From: Octopus vulgaris
Taxonomy: Eukaryota
Length of the DNA: 64,000 bases
NCBI GenBank assembly: GCA_951406725.2
Contig: OX597819.1
Span: 16,554,001-16,618,000, forward strand
Direction of reading: 5' to 3'
Shown here: piece after piece, positions 26,864 through 40,244 of the stretch
How positions within the stretch are numbered: position 1 is the stretch's first letter
How the letters are laid out: each line of letters begins with the position of its first letter
Translations under genes and position numbers: made by a program
Notes under the pieces: generated by a model
Seen by the model: the letters and a program-made list of their open reading frames with translations, nothing else
Told to the model about the DNA's origin: nothing
Databases searched by the model: none

Positions 26864-27479
26864 TAGCAACAAACAAGATGAGGACAAATATCCATCAAAT
26901 GTAAATAATGTACATAATTATATACAAGTATTGGGAAAAGGGAATCTTCCCAATGTAAATAATGTACATAATTCCTCATCTCTTAAATATAGAACTGTAT
27001 AGAAGCCAAAGTCTAGAATAGAGAAACATCAAAGTATATCAAAAAGAAGAGTTTTAATAACCAGGAAAGAAAACTCTACTTCTATAAAGGACAGATGTAG
27101 AATCCGATGCTAAAAATGCAGAAAAGTAATAGGTAGGAACTATGGTTGCACAAGAAAAAAAATGCAGGGGATCATGCAGACTAACAGAGAAGAAAGATGT
27201 CATATGGAACAAAGGCACAAGAACGGTAAGCAGTAAGAGCACCAAATATATTCTTTCAAATGCTTAGGTTTTCTTGAAGTAGTTGACAGATTCTGTTAAT
27301 TACATTTATGGAATTGGTAATGAAGACAAGTGTTCCAAATGCACAGTAGCTAAAGTGAGAACAAAGTGGAAAGGTTCTGTGTCATTATAAGGGGATTCAC
27401 TGAGTTTTCTTCCTTCTCACATTAGTTTGAGGCTGTGCCCAGGGCTTCTACTGGCTCTTCAAGATAGATAAGATCGATG

Positions 27480-27900
27480 TTGCTGACTAATGTTGTACTT
27501 AAACTGTTGCAAGTTATTGACTGTAGGAAAGACGTGCAAGTAGGGAACAACAGAATGCCAAAGTTCTGAAGAGAAGAATGGATTGGGTGTAGTGTTGAGT
27601 GTAGAGCTGGGGAGAGAGTTGAGAATTGAAGTAGCACATGACTAACTAGTTCAAAAAAAGCAGAGCTCACTGTAGTAGCAAAAGAAAAGGTATAGAGAGG
27701 AGACGCAGCACAACTGTGGGTCAGAAATGGGAGTGTTTTTGTGAGTGAATTCAAGTCAGTCAGTTGAGTGGGTTTTCTCTGGATTCAGTCTAAAATGTTC
27801 AAGCATGTACAGTAAAGCTATCATACCATATGTGACAGCAGTACTCTATTGTTTCAAGAAGCAAATATTTTCCAGCTTCAAAGAGAAAGGAGAGACTTAT
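27480..27900 (-). mobile_element. Decayed CR1/L2-type LINE RT C-terminal fragment
   Basis: Minus-strand frameshifted peptide IEYCCHIW...ILD*IQRK...LTKTLPFLTH...YYSELC..ELVS resembles the EYCSHIW/LDRIQR motifs of CR1/L2-like LINEs. Confidence 0.5.
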
Positions 27901-28106
27901 GAGACCCAGTCCTTCTTTTTACATGCCTTAGCCAGGAGAGCTCTTCAGTGAAGTTATGCATTTGGAACTCTCACAAGGGATCTGGTGAGCTACTCATGTT
28001 ATGTGGGGTGATATGAGATGGTTATTTTTTGTTGTATATATATATATTCAATACAATATGCATATATACAATACACATACACACACACACATATATATAT
28101 ATATAA

Positions 28107-28366
28107 TACTGGACTGGCTCCTGTGCAGGTGGCATGTAAAAAACACCATTTGAGTGTGGCTGTTGCCAGTACCCTGGCCCTCGTGCTGGTGGCACATGAA
28201 GACACTCACTACATTCTCGGAATGGTTTGCGTTAGGAAGGGCATCCAGCTGTAGAAACCCTGCCAGATCAGATTGGAGCCTGGTGCAACCATCTGGTTCG
28301 ACAGTCCTCAGTGAAACCATCCAACCCATGCTAGCATGGAAAGCGGACGTTAAACGATGATGATGA
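28107..28366 (+). mobile_element. 3' tail of the same RTE-type element; others at ~16306-16560 (-), 22095-22226 (+), 36680-36860 (-) and 45400-45490 (-)
   Basis: gcgttaggaagggcatccagctgtagaaac...ccaacccatgctagcatggaaagcggacgttaaacgatgatgat. Confidence 0.75.
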
Positions 28367-28380
28367 CTAAATATATATAA

Positions 28381-28411
<31 letters not shown>

Positions 28412-28418
28412 TACATAT

Positions 28419-28838
28419 AGGTGCGAATGTGGCTGAGTGGTAAGAAGCTTACTTCTCAACTAGATGGCATCTTGGGCAAGTGTCTTCTACTATAACCTTG
28501 GGTTGACCAAAGCTTTCTGAGTGGATTTGGTAGACAGCAACTGAAAGAAGCCCATCATATATACACATACATATATATGCGCATATATTATATAATGGAC
28601 TTATTGTATACAGCACACTACAATGTGTGTGTCTCTTGTCTGTGTTTGTCCCCTACCACTGTTTGACAACTGGTGTTGGTGTGTTTACATCCCTGTAACT
28701 TAGCAGTTTGGCAAAAGAGATTGATAGAATAATTACCAAGCTTAAAAGAAAAAAAGTACCGAGGGTGATTTATTCGACTAAAGATTTTTCAAGGCATTGC
28801 TCCAGCATGGCTGCAGTCTAATGACTAAAACAAGTAAA
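28419..28838 (+). mobile_element. Second-family SINE, near full length
   Basis: Head gtggctgagtggtaagaagctt, core cttgggcaagtgtcttctactata, tail ccagcatggctgcagtctaatgactaaaacaagtaaa. Confidence 0.75.
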
Positions 28839-29174
28839 CAGCAAAGGATAAAGATGCCTCTGGATGGTGGCCAAGTGGCTGATTCACTGATCCCAGGGCT
28901 AAGGATCTGATTTCTGGTCAGGCTGGTGTATTGTGTCATTCAGCAAGGCATTCCATTTCACATCTCTCCAGTTGCCCAACTTGAAAATGAATACCAGCCT
29001 AGTGGTGGCGCTACTCTCTTCCTCTCTCAAGCTGTTGCATCCTTGATGATGCATTAGGTCAAGGGTGGCAGGGGTGGAAAGATGTTTATGTCTGCTTGTG
29101 ACTACATTGGCACTTCAAGTAATTAGCCAAAGCTTGGTGCATGTTATTGAGTCGTAGTCTCTTGTTAGTGATGG

Positions 29175-29210
<36 letters not shown>

Positions 29211-30411
29211 AAGAGGTTTGAGGAAAAGTCCCACATGATGAATTGTAGTAAAAAATATAAAAAGAAGGAAAATGCACAGAAATTTTATGTTGGAAAAAAT
29301 ATAAATATGTATCAGGACTTATATTGTCCAATGTAAGCGACTAGTATATAAAACTTCCTCAGATATCTTTTTTAAAGAATAATTTATAATTAATGAAATG
29401 TAACTGTTTTATCTTGTAGGTTAAGTAAGTCCTTAGAACCCACTGCATGTGTAATGCAAGTGTTAATCTCTTCAGAACCCTCTTCATTGAAACACATACA
29501 TAGGTTTTCATGGGGGTTTTTCATATTCTACTCCAACCACAAGTTGCAATCAAAAGTTTTACACACACATAACTAGATATAACTGTGATGTATTGGTTGA
29601 CATAACCAGATAAATGTTGCTGTTTAACTTTATATCAGCTCTGTGATAAAAGGTACTTTCAAACATGACCATCTCTACATTGGATAATGCATGCATCCTT
29701 TTTGTTTTCAGACTGTAGAATGTGAGTTGAATACAGCTGCTATTTCAGCACATTGTAGTGTGCTGTATACAACAAGTTCATTATATAATATATACGTATA
29801 TATATGCGTATATATGTAGACTGTGAGTTGAATACAGCTGCTATTACAGAGGCACCTTTTAACACCAACTCATCTGAGGCCATCCCTTGTTCTCTCATAC
29901 AAATTTTCTATTTTGATGAAACTCCACTGAAATCTCTTGTTAATGCTTGAAGTAGCTTAATAATGGTTTAAGATTTGAGCATAAATCCAGCGATTTGGGA
30001 GAGATGGGAAGTAGGTGATGCTATTGACCTCTGGACTTGAACGGTACTTTGTTATTGGCCTTGAAAGGATGAAAGGCAAAGTTGTACTCAGTGAGGTTTG
30101 AGCTTAGGATGTAAAGAACCAGAACAAATATCACAATGCATGTTCTCCAATGGTAATTCTGTCAGCTCATTGCTCAAACCAGCTTAATGATAAAGTTATT
30201 TACTAAATTCTTCATCATTTTCAAAATTAATTGAAATGAAGGTGATGAATTTTAAGAGAAATATGGTAACAAAAAGATTAAAGGTACTTCATAGTAGGAA
30301 CTTAGTTTTGGGATATCAATCAATTTGGTAGTAGTTTCCAACTTCAGAGTAAAGACACCAAGCTATTAGTGAACGGGACGAGTTTTATTTAATCAATACA
30401 CACAACATATT

Positions 30412-30757
30412 CCTTTATTTGTTTCAGTCATTTGACTGTGGCCATGCTGGAGCACCATCTTTAGTCAAGCAAACTGACCCCAGGACTTATTCTTTGTAAG
30501 CCTAGTACTTATTCTATCAGTCACTTTTGCCAAACTGCTAAGTTACGGAGACATAAAGACACCGACATCAGTTGTCAAGTGATGGTGGGGGACAAACACA
30601 CACACGATGGGCTTCTTTCAGTTGCCTTCTATCAAATCACCTCACAAGGCTTTGGTTGGCCCAAGGCTATATTAGAAGCCACTTGCCCAAGTGGGACTGA
30701 ACCCAGAACCACGTGGTTAGTAAGCAAGCTACTTACCATACAGCCACTCCTGCACCT
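30412..30757 (-). mobile_element. Second-family SINE
   Basis: Reverse complement of the 28419 and 23380 copies (tttgtttcagtcatttgactgtggccatgctggagcacc ... cttaccatacagccactcctgcacc). Confidence 0.78.
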
Positions 30758-31337
30758 ATCTTGGTTCATATTTCAGCAGCAGTTGACTACTAGGATTGAG
30801 TAGTAGATAAATGCCTTGTAGTAATTGTTCTGACTCTTAGATTTTGAGTTCAACTGTCTTTCATCATACCACAGTCATTAAGTAAAGCAACAGTCAAACG
30901 AAGATAAGTAATTTAGTGGTTAGGGTGTTGGGCTCAGAACTGTAAAGTCATGGGTTTCATTCCAAGATTGTGCTGTGCAAAGTGTCCTAGATCAAGGCCC
31001 TTCATTGTTGCCCAAATCCACTCAGCTGTAAATGAGTACCAAAAGCAGCAGTTGGGAGATAAACCTGCAACACACTTGTGTCCTATTCAGAAAGGAAACT
31101 TATACTTTCAGGTGCTTAACCCTTAAAGTCCTCTACCACAAAGATCCACAAGCACTTTTCTGTGCAAGAAACAGAGACTAACCTCATTTTAGAAAGAACT
31201 TACTGTTTTCACCAATTATATAATGTTTTTCTGAATGTCTCCAAATTTTTGTCTCCTATTGATTTTCAAGAATAAAATAGTTGTTAACACTGTAAGCAGT
31301 GAGTTAGAATTTAGCGATATTATTTATTAATGAATTG

Positions 31338-31552
31338 AGGCAGCAAATGGGCAGAGTCCTCATCACGCTAGACAAAATGCTGCTAAACATTTTGTCTGTC
31401 TTTATGTTCTAAGTTCAAATTCTGTTGAGGTCACCTTTGCCTTTCATCCTTTCACAGTTGATAAAATGAGTACCAGGTGAGTGCTGAGATTGATGTAATC
31501 AGCTAGCCCCTTCTCTCCAAATTTCAGGCATTGTGCCTAGAGTAGAAAGGAC
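31338..31552 (+). mobile_element. Older copy of the same SINE family; further decayed copies near 2030-2225, 13820, 19790, 29970, 32230-32930, 41640, 50110-51720 and 60660-63000
   Basis: agttcaaattctgttgaggtcacctttgcctttcatcctttcacagttgataaaatgagtaccag...caggcattgtgcctagagtagaaag. Confidence 0.7.
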
Positions 31553-33701
31553 TATTTATTAATTATTTAATTTGTGAAAGAGAATGAGTAGTATTTCAGT
31601 GTCACTTATTGATTCTCAGCAGGAGTGGAGTTATCACACTTGATACTGCATTGAACGGCAAGGGTTAACAAAACAACAAAAAGAAAATTTACTGATATAA
31701 CATAAATGTAGGATCCTTTGTATACTGATGGATTTATGAGGGTAACACAACTATTGCTATAAGGTTCAATAACACTAAATTGATGTGTCTTATAACACCT
31801 TGAAATGGAGATGTAGGAATTTTGTTGGCAAGCGCCATGAGAGGTTTCAATCCAAATTCATGCAATAGTTATATTTTCAGGATTAACTGCATTTGCTCAA
31901 AATCTCTAGTTTTTAATAAGATTGGGAGATTCAGAGAAAGCACTAAAAGGCTTTATGTGTTAAAAACCTCAGCAACTGAGATGAGTTTTGGCCTAATGGG
32001 CCTCGACACTCGGGATAGACTAACTTTTTTATCTTTAGTAAATGTTGGTGTCGGTTCTTATTTTCTCTCTCTGATCTGGTAATGCTGCCAAAATCTCCAT
32101 CAAATGGTGAGACTCTAATGTGTGATGCAACACAGTGCCACCACATTAATGAAATGAGTGAGCTCTCATTGACAGAAGTGAGATAAACATTAGAAAAGCA
32201 GAATATTGGTTCATATTTCACTGAGACATGAAAGACAAAAGATCAAAGTTGACCGTGGCAAGATTTGAACACAGAATGTAAAGGGACCTAACTAAATACA
32301 CCAAGGAATTTTCTCAGATGCTTCGCTCAACTGTTTCCTTGCATGCAGCCCTGAAATTTAGGTAATGGAGTTGATAAAATTGACCCTTAATACTTGACTG
32401 GCAGTTAATCAACCAGGGGTGGGGTGGGGGTGAAAGGCAAATTAGATCTTGCTGAGACTTGAATTCAGACCATCAGGTGCTGGAAGAAATCCTACAAGGA
32501 ATTTTGTTTGATGTTCTAACAATTCTGTTCATCTGTCATCCTGTCAAATAATCGTTTCTAATCGTTACAAAGCCAGCAATTTTGATGAGGGATTAATTGA
32601 TTAAACTGGCCCCAGTACTTGACTGGTACATTATTAAATCAGTTCTAGAGGAATGAAAAGCAAAGTTAACTTTGGCAAGATTTGAACTCAGAATGTAGAG
32701 AGCCATAAAAAACACCACAAGGCATTTTACATAATGTCCTAATGATTTAATTAATCCACTGCACTTTCAAATATCATAATAGTTTCTAACAAAAACTGAA
32801 GACTCTTTCTTCACAGGGTATCCTTAATGAAGTTAACCTCATTACATGACTGGTACTTAGTGATCCAAGAATGATTGTTGACTGTCAAACTTGGTAGGAT
32901 TTGAACTTTGAATCTAAGTGAAAACTGCACGATAATTTTCCCACCATTCATACAGTCATTATGCAGCTTCACCTCTTTCATAATGATAGTGAAAATTGTA
33001 CATGACTGTGTTGCTAGGCCAGACAGTTGTTAAGGTGCAGTCAACTCAGTTGACTTAACTTTATGACAGGTACACCTATCCTTGATTATCATAGGGGTTC
33101 AGTTCTATATAAAAAAAAAAAAAGAATAGTAGAACATATAGGGGAAATAGGTTTTGTCGCGACATCAAGTTGTCCCAAGCATTGTAAATGGTTGCTTGGG
33201 TGTGCTGTGGTGATTGAAGCAGAATCTAGGGCTGTCCACTGACCCGGGTTATACAGATCAATTCATAATAAGCATAACACATCCAGTATACTGTGTTATT
33301 CTGGATCAGTGATAAATCAGTCAATGATAAACAAGCATAGATATGCTTTCTTTTATCAGTCTGATGACATGAATCTGGGCCCTAGTGGGATCTGAACACA
33401 AAATGCTGAAGAATCAAAGAAAACAGTGTAAAATATATAGAAATATACAGTCAATTTCTATACTTTAAATTATTTCCTATGGATCCTCAGCATATTGATA
33501 TAAATGTATGGCCTTTCTTCCTTTTGTGTTTTGTTGTTTTTCTATGTGGATTCAGCATGGCTGAATGAGGAGAATGTATACTTTGCAACCAGGTCTGGTT
33601 TCAATGCATGGTACACATTATATATATATATGACAATAATAAAAAGTGATAACAAAAGAATGAGACCTTGATATTAGATAATAGAGGATTATTTATATAT
33701 G

Positions 33702-33891
33702 TATAATTTAGAACAAACAGTAAGTTGTCATTATAGTACTCAGAGTTTCGAATGCTGGAGCTAAGAGCTATGATGCATTCTCATCGCATCTATTGCCATT
33801 AATAGCTGATGAGGAAGCTTCGTATCTCTTAGCTCCAACACTCGAAACTCCAAGTACTATAATGCCAACTTATTGTTTGTTCTGGATTATA
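33702..33891. repeat. ~90-bp-arm inverted repeat formed by two Penelope-type minimal hammerhead ribozyme motifs
   Basis: Arms 33702-33794 and 33801-33891 with a 6-nt loop. The plus arm contains ATAG-CTGATGA-G...C-GAAA-CT..A-GTA-CTAT. Confidence 0.75.
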
Positions 33892-36800
33892 ACACACACA
33901 TACACACATATATATATATATACATACACACACACACACACATTATATATTGACTAAATCCTTATGTTGTCTCAGGCATTTAGAATGAAATTGGGAATTA
34001 AGCTGGGCAGAAGTCTGTTGCATGGATTGTGTGTGTAATTCAAAGGTGCAGCATTATCACAGCTGTACTGTCTGAGGTGAAAACAAAACCCCTGGGGTGT
34101 TCCTTGTGGGCTACAGCACATAATTAGCAGAGTAAGAAAGAAAACAGGAAGGATAAATCAAAACAGGATCTAGTGGGATATAGAAGTTATTGTTTAGCAA
34201 AACTATATTCAAATGCATTCCACCTTGGCCATCCCTCTTGTGTGTCAGGGACTATGTTGTCCATTGTATCCTTTCATTCTTTTTTTATTTAGCATTATTT
34301 GGGGAAGAGTTGGCTGCTTTTTCTAGCAGATTAAGTAGCAGACTAGATAGAGGCCTCTTGTTGACTTGTCAATTCAAAACTTTATCTTTCTACATACAGC
34401 CTTTATACTCTGCCTTCTGATGTTGTTAGGTAAAGTAGTAAAAAAATCATTTTGTGTAAAAAGAAATCTGATTTGGTCTTTGGATTTATTTGTACCACAT
34501 TCCTGGCAATAACAAGTAACTTTCCTTCCAGAGACTTCCTGAAGGTGTGTCTTGTCCATAAAGACAAACACAGCAAACATTATTACACAAGTTAGCAGAG
34601 TGGTGTGTCTTGTTTAAGGAATGTTAACTTAGATTGCTGATAAATTAATGAGACTTGAACATGTTTAAAGGATAAAACAGTTGTACCAGAATTTTAGGGA
34701 ATGACCTTTAAGTCTATACTCATTAATGCAATGTAAAAATTTAATGTTCTGAGTATAAAACAACACTATCATTACCATGCAACTTTAATGCGTGCATTGC
34801 TGGAGAAAGTTTGACCCTCCTGTAGGAAACTATGAACAACTGTACTGGGTGCAGATGGACCGCTACTTGCTTACCTTTGGTCTTTTGTGGTTACTTATTT
34901 CATGTGTCCTAACTGACAATGCCGACAGGTGTGTCCCAGAATTGCATGTAGCTGCTGTGTTACTTGAAGAACTGGTGCCTGAGTAAAAATGTTTGGTACT
35001 TGATGAGTCTACTGGTTGGTCAGTTGGTCATGTCCTTGGTGACTGAGGTGAAATGTTCAAGCAATCAATCCAGCCGTTGTTCCATGAATGACTCCCACTC
35101 AATAGAAATTAGTTTTTGTTTATTTTACTCTATTTTCAAACTACCAGCAATTTCTTGGATTTTCAACTCTGAACAGGTTTCAAGGAGAGGGAGTTTCATA
35201 TTAGTCAAAGCTTAGCCCTATTCCCATGTTATAGAGGGCACAAGATGATTATTGCTCTATATAAGTCTTCAGTCTATTACACATAGCTATCCCAATTATT
35301 CTGGGACCAAGTATTTCTTCCTTATGACAGCAAGCTAAACACACATTGTTATTGTTTAGCCCCCAAGTAAGGGCTGATTAAGTAAACTGTGATCAAAGGC
35401 ATTCCATTCATGACTATTTTGTCTTTTATTTAGACAATGTATACCCTGCCAGACTGCATTATTCAATGTGTCCTGATGAGAACAGCAGTGATTAAGCTGC
35501 TTCATTGTCTCCACAAACATATCTAAATGTACTTATTACCTAATACACAACAAAACCTCAACTGTGGATTGGAGCCAAGATCTTTGGTAATCTAATCACA
35601 TAAACACTCAGACTGGCACTTGTAGAGTGGTTTCCAATTAATGGAAATGTCACACGAAATATAATTTTTTTGAAGACTAAGTCATAATAGGGAGAAATGG
35701 GCAATGGCTTAAGGTCCGTAGAGGCCTACCCAGACTGCTGAGAGAGTCTGCATTCAAGAAGCTAACTAGACTGGGACCACATGCATGTCATTTGCAGAGT
35801 GACCATGCAACTGAGTTCATTACATCTTCCTAAATTAGGTACCATAAATTGTTTTTGTTAGTTTAACTAATTTTCACTGTTCATTAGTTAAAACCCAGTT
35901 TCTTTTCCCGTTTTATTCCTGAAATTTTGGACAGAATATTTAGTTTTAAGTATTGAGGGGAAAGTTACCTAGCTTACACAACCAGCCTATCCAGGAGAAT
36001 ATTCATCTCTCATTTAATTTTTTCAACTTAATCAAAAGCTAATTACTTGCCCCATGTGTATGCACATTTCTTGAAAGAATTTCATCTCTACCAAGTCTAA
36101 TGCAATAATTATGTGAATATATTATATATGGATATATTTGTGCATATAACTTCCAACTATTCTGCCTATATGTCTGTGTACACCTTTCAATGCAATGTAT
36201 GCCATAAGGTCTGCAAATCTAACAGAGTCCTCAAAAGACATTATAAGATCCACAAAGATCAGAACTGCAGCCCTTGGTGGTCCAAAATGGATATGCAATC
36301 TATGTGTGTGCCTTTTCAAAACTTTTAAAAAGCTACATCAGATGCCATGATCGTTACCCATATTTCAAAGGGCTAGCCTTGTCACATTCTGAATCTCCTT
36401 GAAAACTATGTGAAGAGTATGCATGTCTGTGGAGTACTCAGCCACTTGCATGTTAATTTCACAAGCAGGCTGTTCTGTTGATCAGATCAACTGAAACTCT
36501 CGTCATTGGAGCCGGTGGAGTGCTAGTTTATATATTCTATTTGATTTCTAATAGTTACAAAGGAGAAGAGTTTCATGCATTGCAACACTGAATATAAAAA
36601 TTTCTTACGCCTAATATATATATATATACTCATATTTTAAGTTCTATTTTCCTGTCTGTATCATCATACCTTTACATATCATCATCATCTAGCATCTGTG
36701 TTCCATACTGGTGTGGGTTGGACAGTTTGACAAGGATTCAATGGACCCAAGGACTGCTTTGTGCTCCTGAATCTGCTTTGGCAAGTTTTCAATGGCTGGA

Positions 36801-38087
36801 TGCTCTTCCTTATGTCAACTTCTTCACAATGAGTACTGAGTGCTTTTCCGTGCCAGTGGCACTATTGATGTTATCATGTAGCTTGCAAATCTTATACTTT
36901 TGGCCTCAACTGAAGCTGAGAAGATGTTGCCTATTTTCTTTACTTCAGAATATACTAAATTATATAACCCATAAATACATTGAGTGCTTTAATTTGCTGA
37001 ACCTATCAACAAATAAAAAGTACACAATACACACACACATCTAGATCTAAAACATTAATGTCTGACAAAAACATCCCACTTCAATTCCATGATTCTTGAA
37101 GGACTATAAAAGTGCAGGCATGACTGCAGAATTTGAACAGGTGTCTTCTATAGCATTGGTTGACCAAGGACTTGTTAGTTAATTTTGGTGTCTGGAAGCG
37201 TATAAAAGCCTTCTGCAGCAACTGTACATGTCTTTAGTGGTTGACTTATGTCTGTTGCTCCCTTTAGAATCACCTGGAACATGGGTGCCTTTAGCAGTAC
37301 CTACTCTGTTACATGCATTCGGATCAGGTTACCTATATGAGAATAACTTCCTCCTGGTTGTCTCAGACTCCCTTAGGTACATCAGAAGTACTGCCGTTCT
37401 TCATCTAACTAAATACTATAAAACAAAGAGGAAGCTATTCAATGGTCCATCCCACTTGGCTTTTGATAGGTGCCATAAGAATGGAACAAGACAGAAATGG
37501 AACTAACAGCAGCAATTATTTTATTAGGTCTCATTTTTATCATGTAGGTTGTTGTTTAGCCCCAGGTCAGCCATGATAGAGCAGTCTTGGCATTCCAGTC
37601 TTGATCATCTTGTCATTTTTTTTTATAAAACACTAATATCTATGACTGCATTATTCAATATGCCCTTCTTTTCTTTTTGAGACAGAAGGGTAGAATTTGA
37701 TTATTATTTCTAGCAGCTTTGGCTATCATCTATAGACAAACCAACAAGGAAGCTTCTGTATGTTTGCTTGATCTGTTAGAAATAGCAACCAAATTTCTTA
37801 CATTACACACTGCCATCTTAAAAAATAAGTACAGATGATATAATTCTGGATTCTCCATACCAAACAAGATAGTCACAGCTGGAATGCTGTTGATCATAGG
37901 TCTGCTTGATTATAGTTAATTTCAGGCTACACAAAAGTAACAACTGCATAGAGACTCCTTCACTGGTTCATCTGGAACTTTATTAGGGTCTCCTTTCTCT
38001 TAGAAAAGTGGGGTCCTCCTGTTGCAATAGGTTGGTGTTCAAATGTACAAGTGTGTAGTGCTGAATTTGTGAGTAGAACTACATGTC

Positions 38088-38430
38088 TTCATTCTCTTAG
38101 CTGTGAAGGGCAGTGGCCTTTCCTTGATCTACCAGTTATGTTATCTACATGTCCTGTACTCTTTAACTGTGAAGAGCAGAACCCAGACCTTCTGCGTAAT
38201 GTTTCTACATGTCTGCATTGCTCCTGCTATGAATGACAACCGTTCCCGTTTCTTGATCTTCTACTTCTTTACATGTCCTTCCTCTAGCTGTGAGGAACAG
38301 ACTCCAGATTTTCGGCTAAGTTATCCTTTAACAGAACCCAAATATCATGACAATGTCATCTACAACAATACCCCCTTGTTTATCTAGCTGCAAAGAAGAC
38401 CCTCAATCTTCTGGTTATATCATCTATAAC
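38088..38430. repeat. Degenerate ~60-65-bp minisatellite
   Basis: ctacatgtc....agctgtgaagagcag..ccagatcttct-like unit, repeated four to five times. Confidence 0.6.
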
Positions 38431-40195
38431 AATGACATTTCTCATTTACTTTAGTGCCACAGAAATATTGAAATCTATAGTAAAATATTGAAATTTATGG
38501 GCAAATTTTGTCTTTGGGCTAGTGTGTATGTGTGTGTAAATCAATCTAACCCCTAAAAGAATTTGCTACTCACCTGTTATCTCTAAACAAAGAGTACAAC
38601 ATTGACCAGATAAGTTGTATAGTATTTCAATTGCTTCAACATTCTGTATTCAACTCATTTTTGATTGACATTAATTTTGATTACTCTCAGTTGATCAATA
38701 AAGCAAGTATCAGTGATATATTGGTGGGGAAGGTTTCGTAGATGGTATCTTGATAATTCAGTTCATAACTTCATAACTTTTGCCATCTGCTATTTTAGAT
38801 GCCAAAGTAAGAAATTCCTTTGAATGCCTTGCAGTATTTACTTACATCTATTTACCTTTCCTTCTTTTGGAGTCAATAAAATAAGTACCAGTGAAATATT
38901 AGGGTTAATCTAATCAACTATACTCCTCTTCTAATTGCTAACAATAAATATTAATATGAATAGGCCTTAGAACAAAGATATACATAAAACAAATCATTAT
39001 CAACTAGAGACAGTGCCTTTAAATATATTTATAGACAACCTACCCACTCTATCTCACTCTCTCCATATATACCAAAAATACAAGACATACAGAGGTAAAC
39101 AAGCATCTATATAGGTGCAAGCACACGTAGATCAATGCATACATTCACACATATATATGCAGCACTAGATACACATCTGTTTTAACTAGACACACACACA
39201 TACTGACATTACTACTCAACACACACCCATCTGTATAACTACACACATGAACACAAACATCAACAAACACAATTTTCTATAATTTCACTTGCACACAAAC
39301 AGTCTCTCACTATGTTACAAATAGCAGCTAAATCTCCCTTAAATCAAACCCAACTACTTTAAAAAAAAGGAAGGATACATTAGATAATGTTGATACCACT
39401 AAAAAGGAAAATAACCTCTTGCAAAAATATTTTTGATCATTTTGAGCTTGGGGACAAACAACTACCATCAACACACAAGGTCTTTAGCAAAAAGGTAAAA
39501 AAAAATTTCATGGGGAAAATTATTGTTATTAGAAACAAACCAAATTTAAACATTTTTTCTTTAAAAACAGATTTTGTTGCAACATTTTCTTGTTTCCATC
39601 AAATAATTTTTTTTATCAGATTTTAAGTTTAACTCCATTATATATGTGAGACAGTTTTTCCTCTTTTTTTTTTAAATATTCCAATTATTTTGGAATTGTT
39701 AATTTTACAGAGTTAATGAATTGGCTTTGCAGAACAGAAAATATGTAGTAATAGAACAACAACAACAACAACAACAACAGCAATAGCAACAATATCAATA
39801 GTAGCAACAAGAACAGCAAAAATAGTCAAATGCAAAAAATATAATTAAAATAAAACTAAAAATTTAAAAAAAAAAAATTTCAGCAAGTTTACACATATCT
39901 ATTTGAAGAAAGTTGTTTCCATAGCTACTAGGAATTTCTTGGTTTCTTTTTCTTACCATCACCATTATTATTATTATTATTATTGTTATTGTTGTTGTTC
40001 AGACAACAAAGCAATGAATACATCTCTTCTTAGAAGTGATGAGTTCATCTTTTGTCCCCTGAATACTCACATAAAAAGGGAAACTCAGAGTAGCAATGGA
40101 GTGAACCATCAGCTTCAAACAGACATTATTTTTCTATTATGTATTGAGTACTTTTAATATATATATGTGTATGTATATATATATATATGTGTGTA

Positions 40196-40244
<49 letters not shown>

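Noticed and set aside
35472-35510. CTGATGAG followed by a short CAGC/GCTG stem
   Set aside because: No GAAA follows the stem, so it is not a hammerhead.
36175-36260. C2H2 zinc-finger-like peptide FQCNVCHKVCKSNRVLKRHYKIH
   Set aside because: Single isolated finger followed by a decayed second one and a SINE tail, with no splice context or TGEKP linker. More likely a LINE C-terminal remnant than a host ZNF gene.
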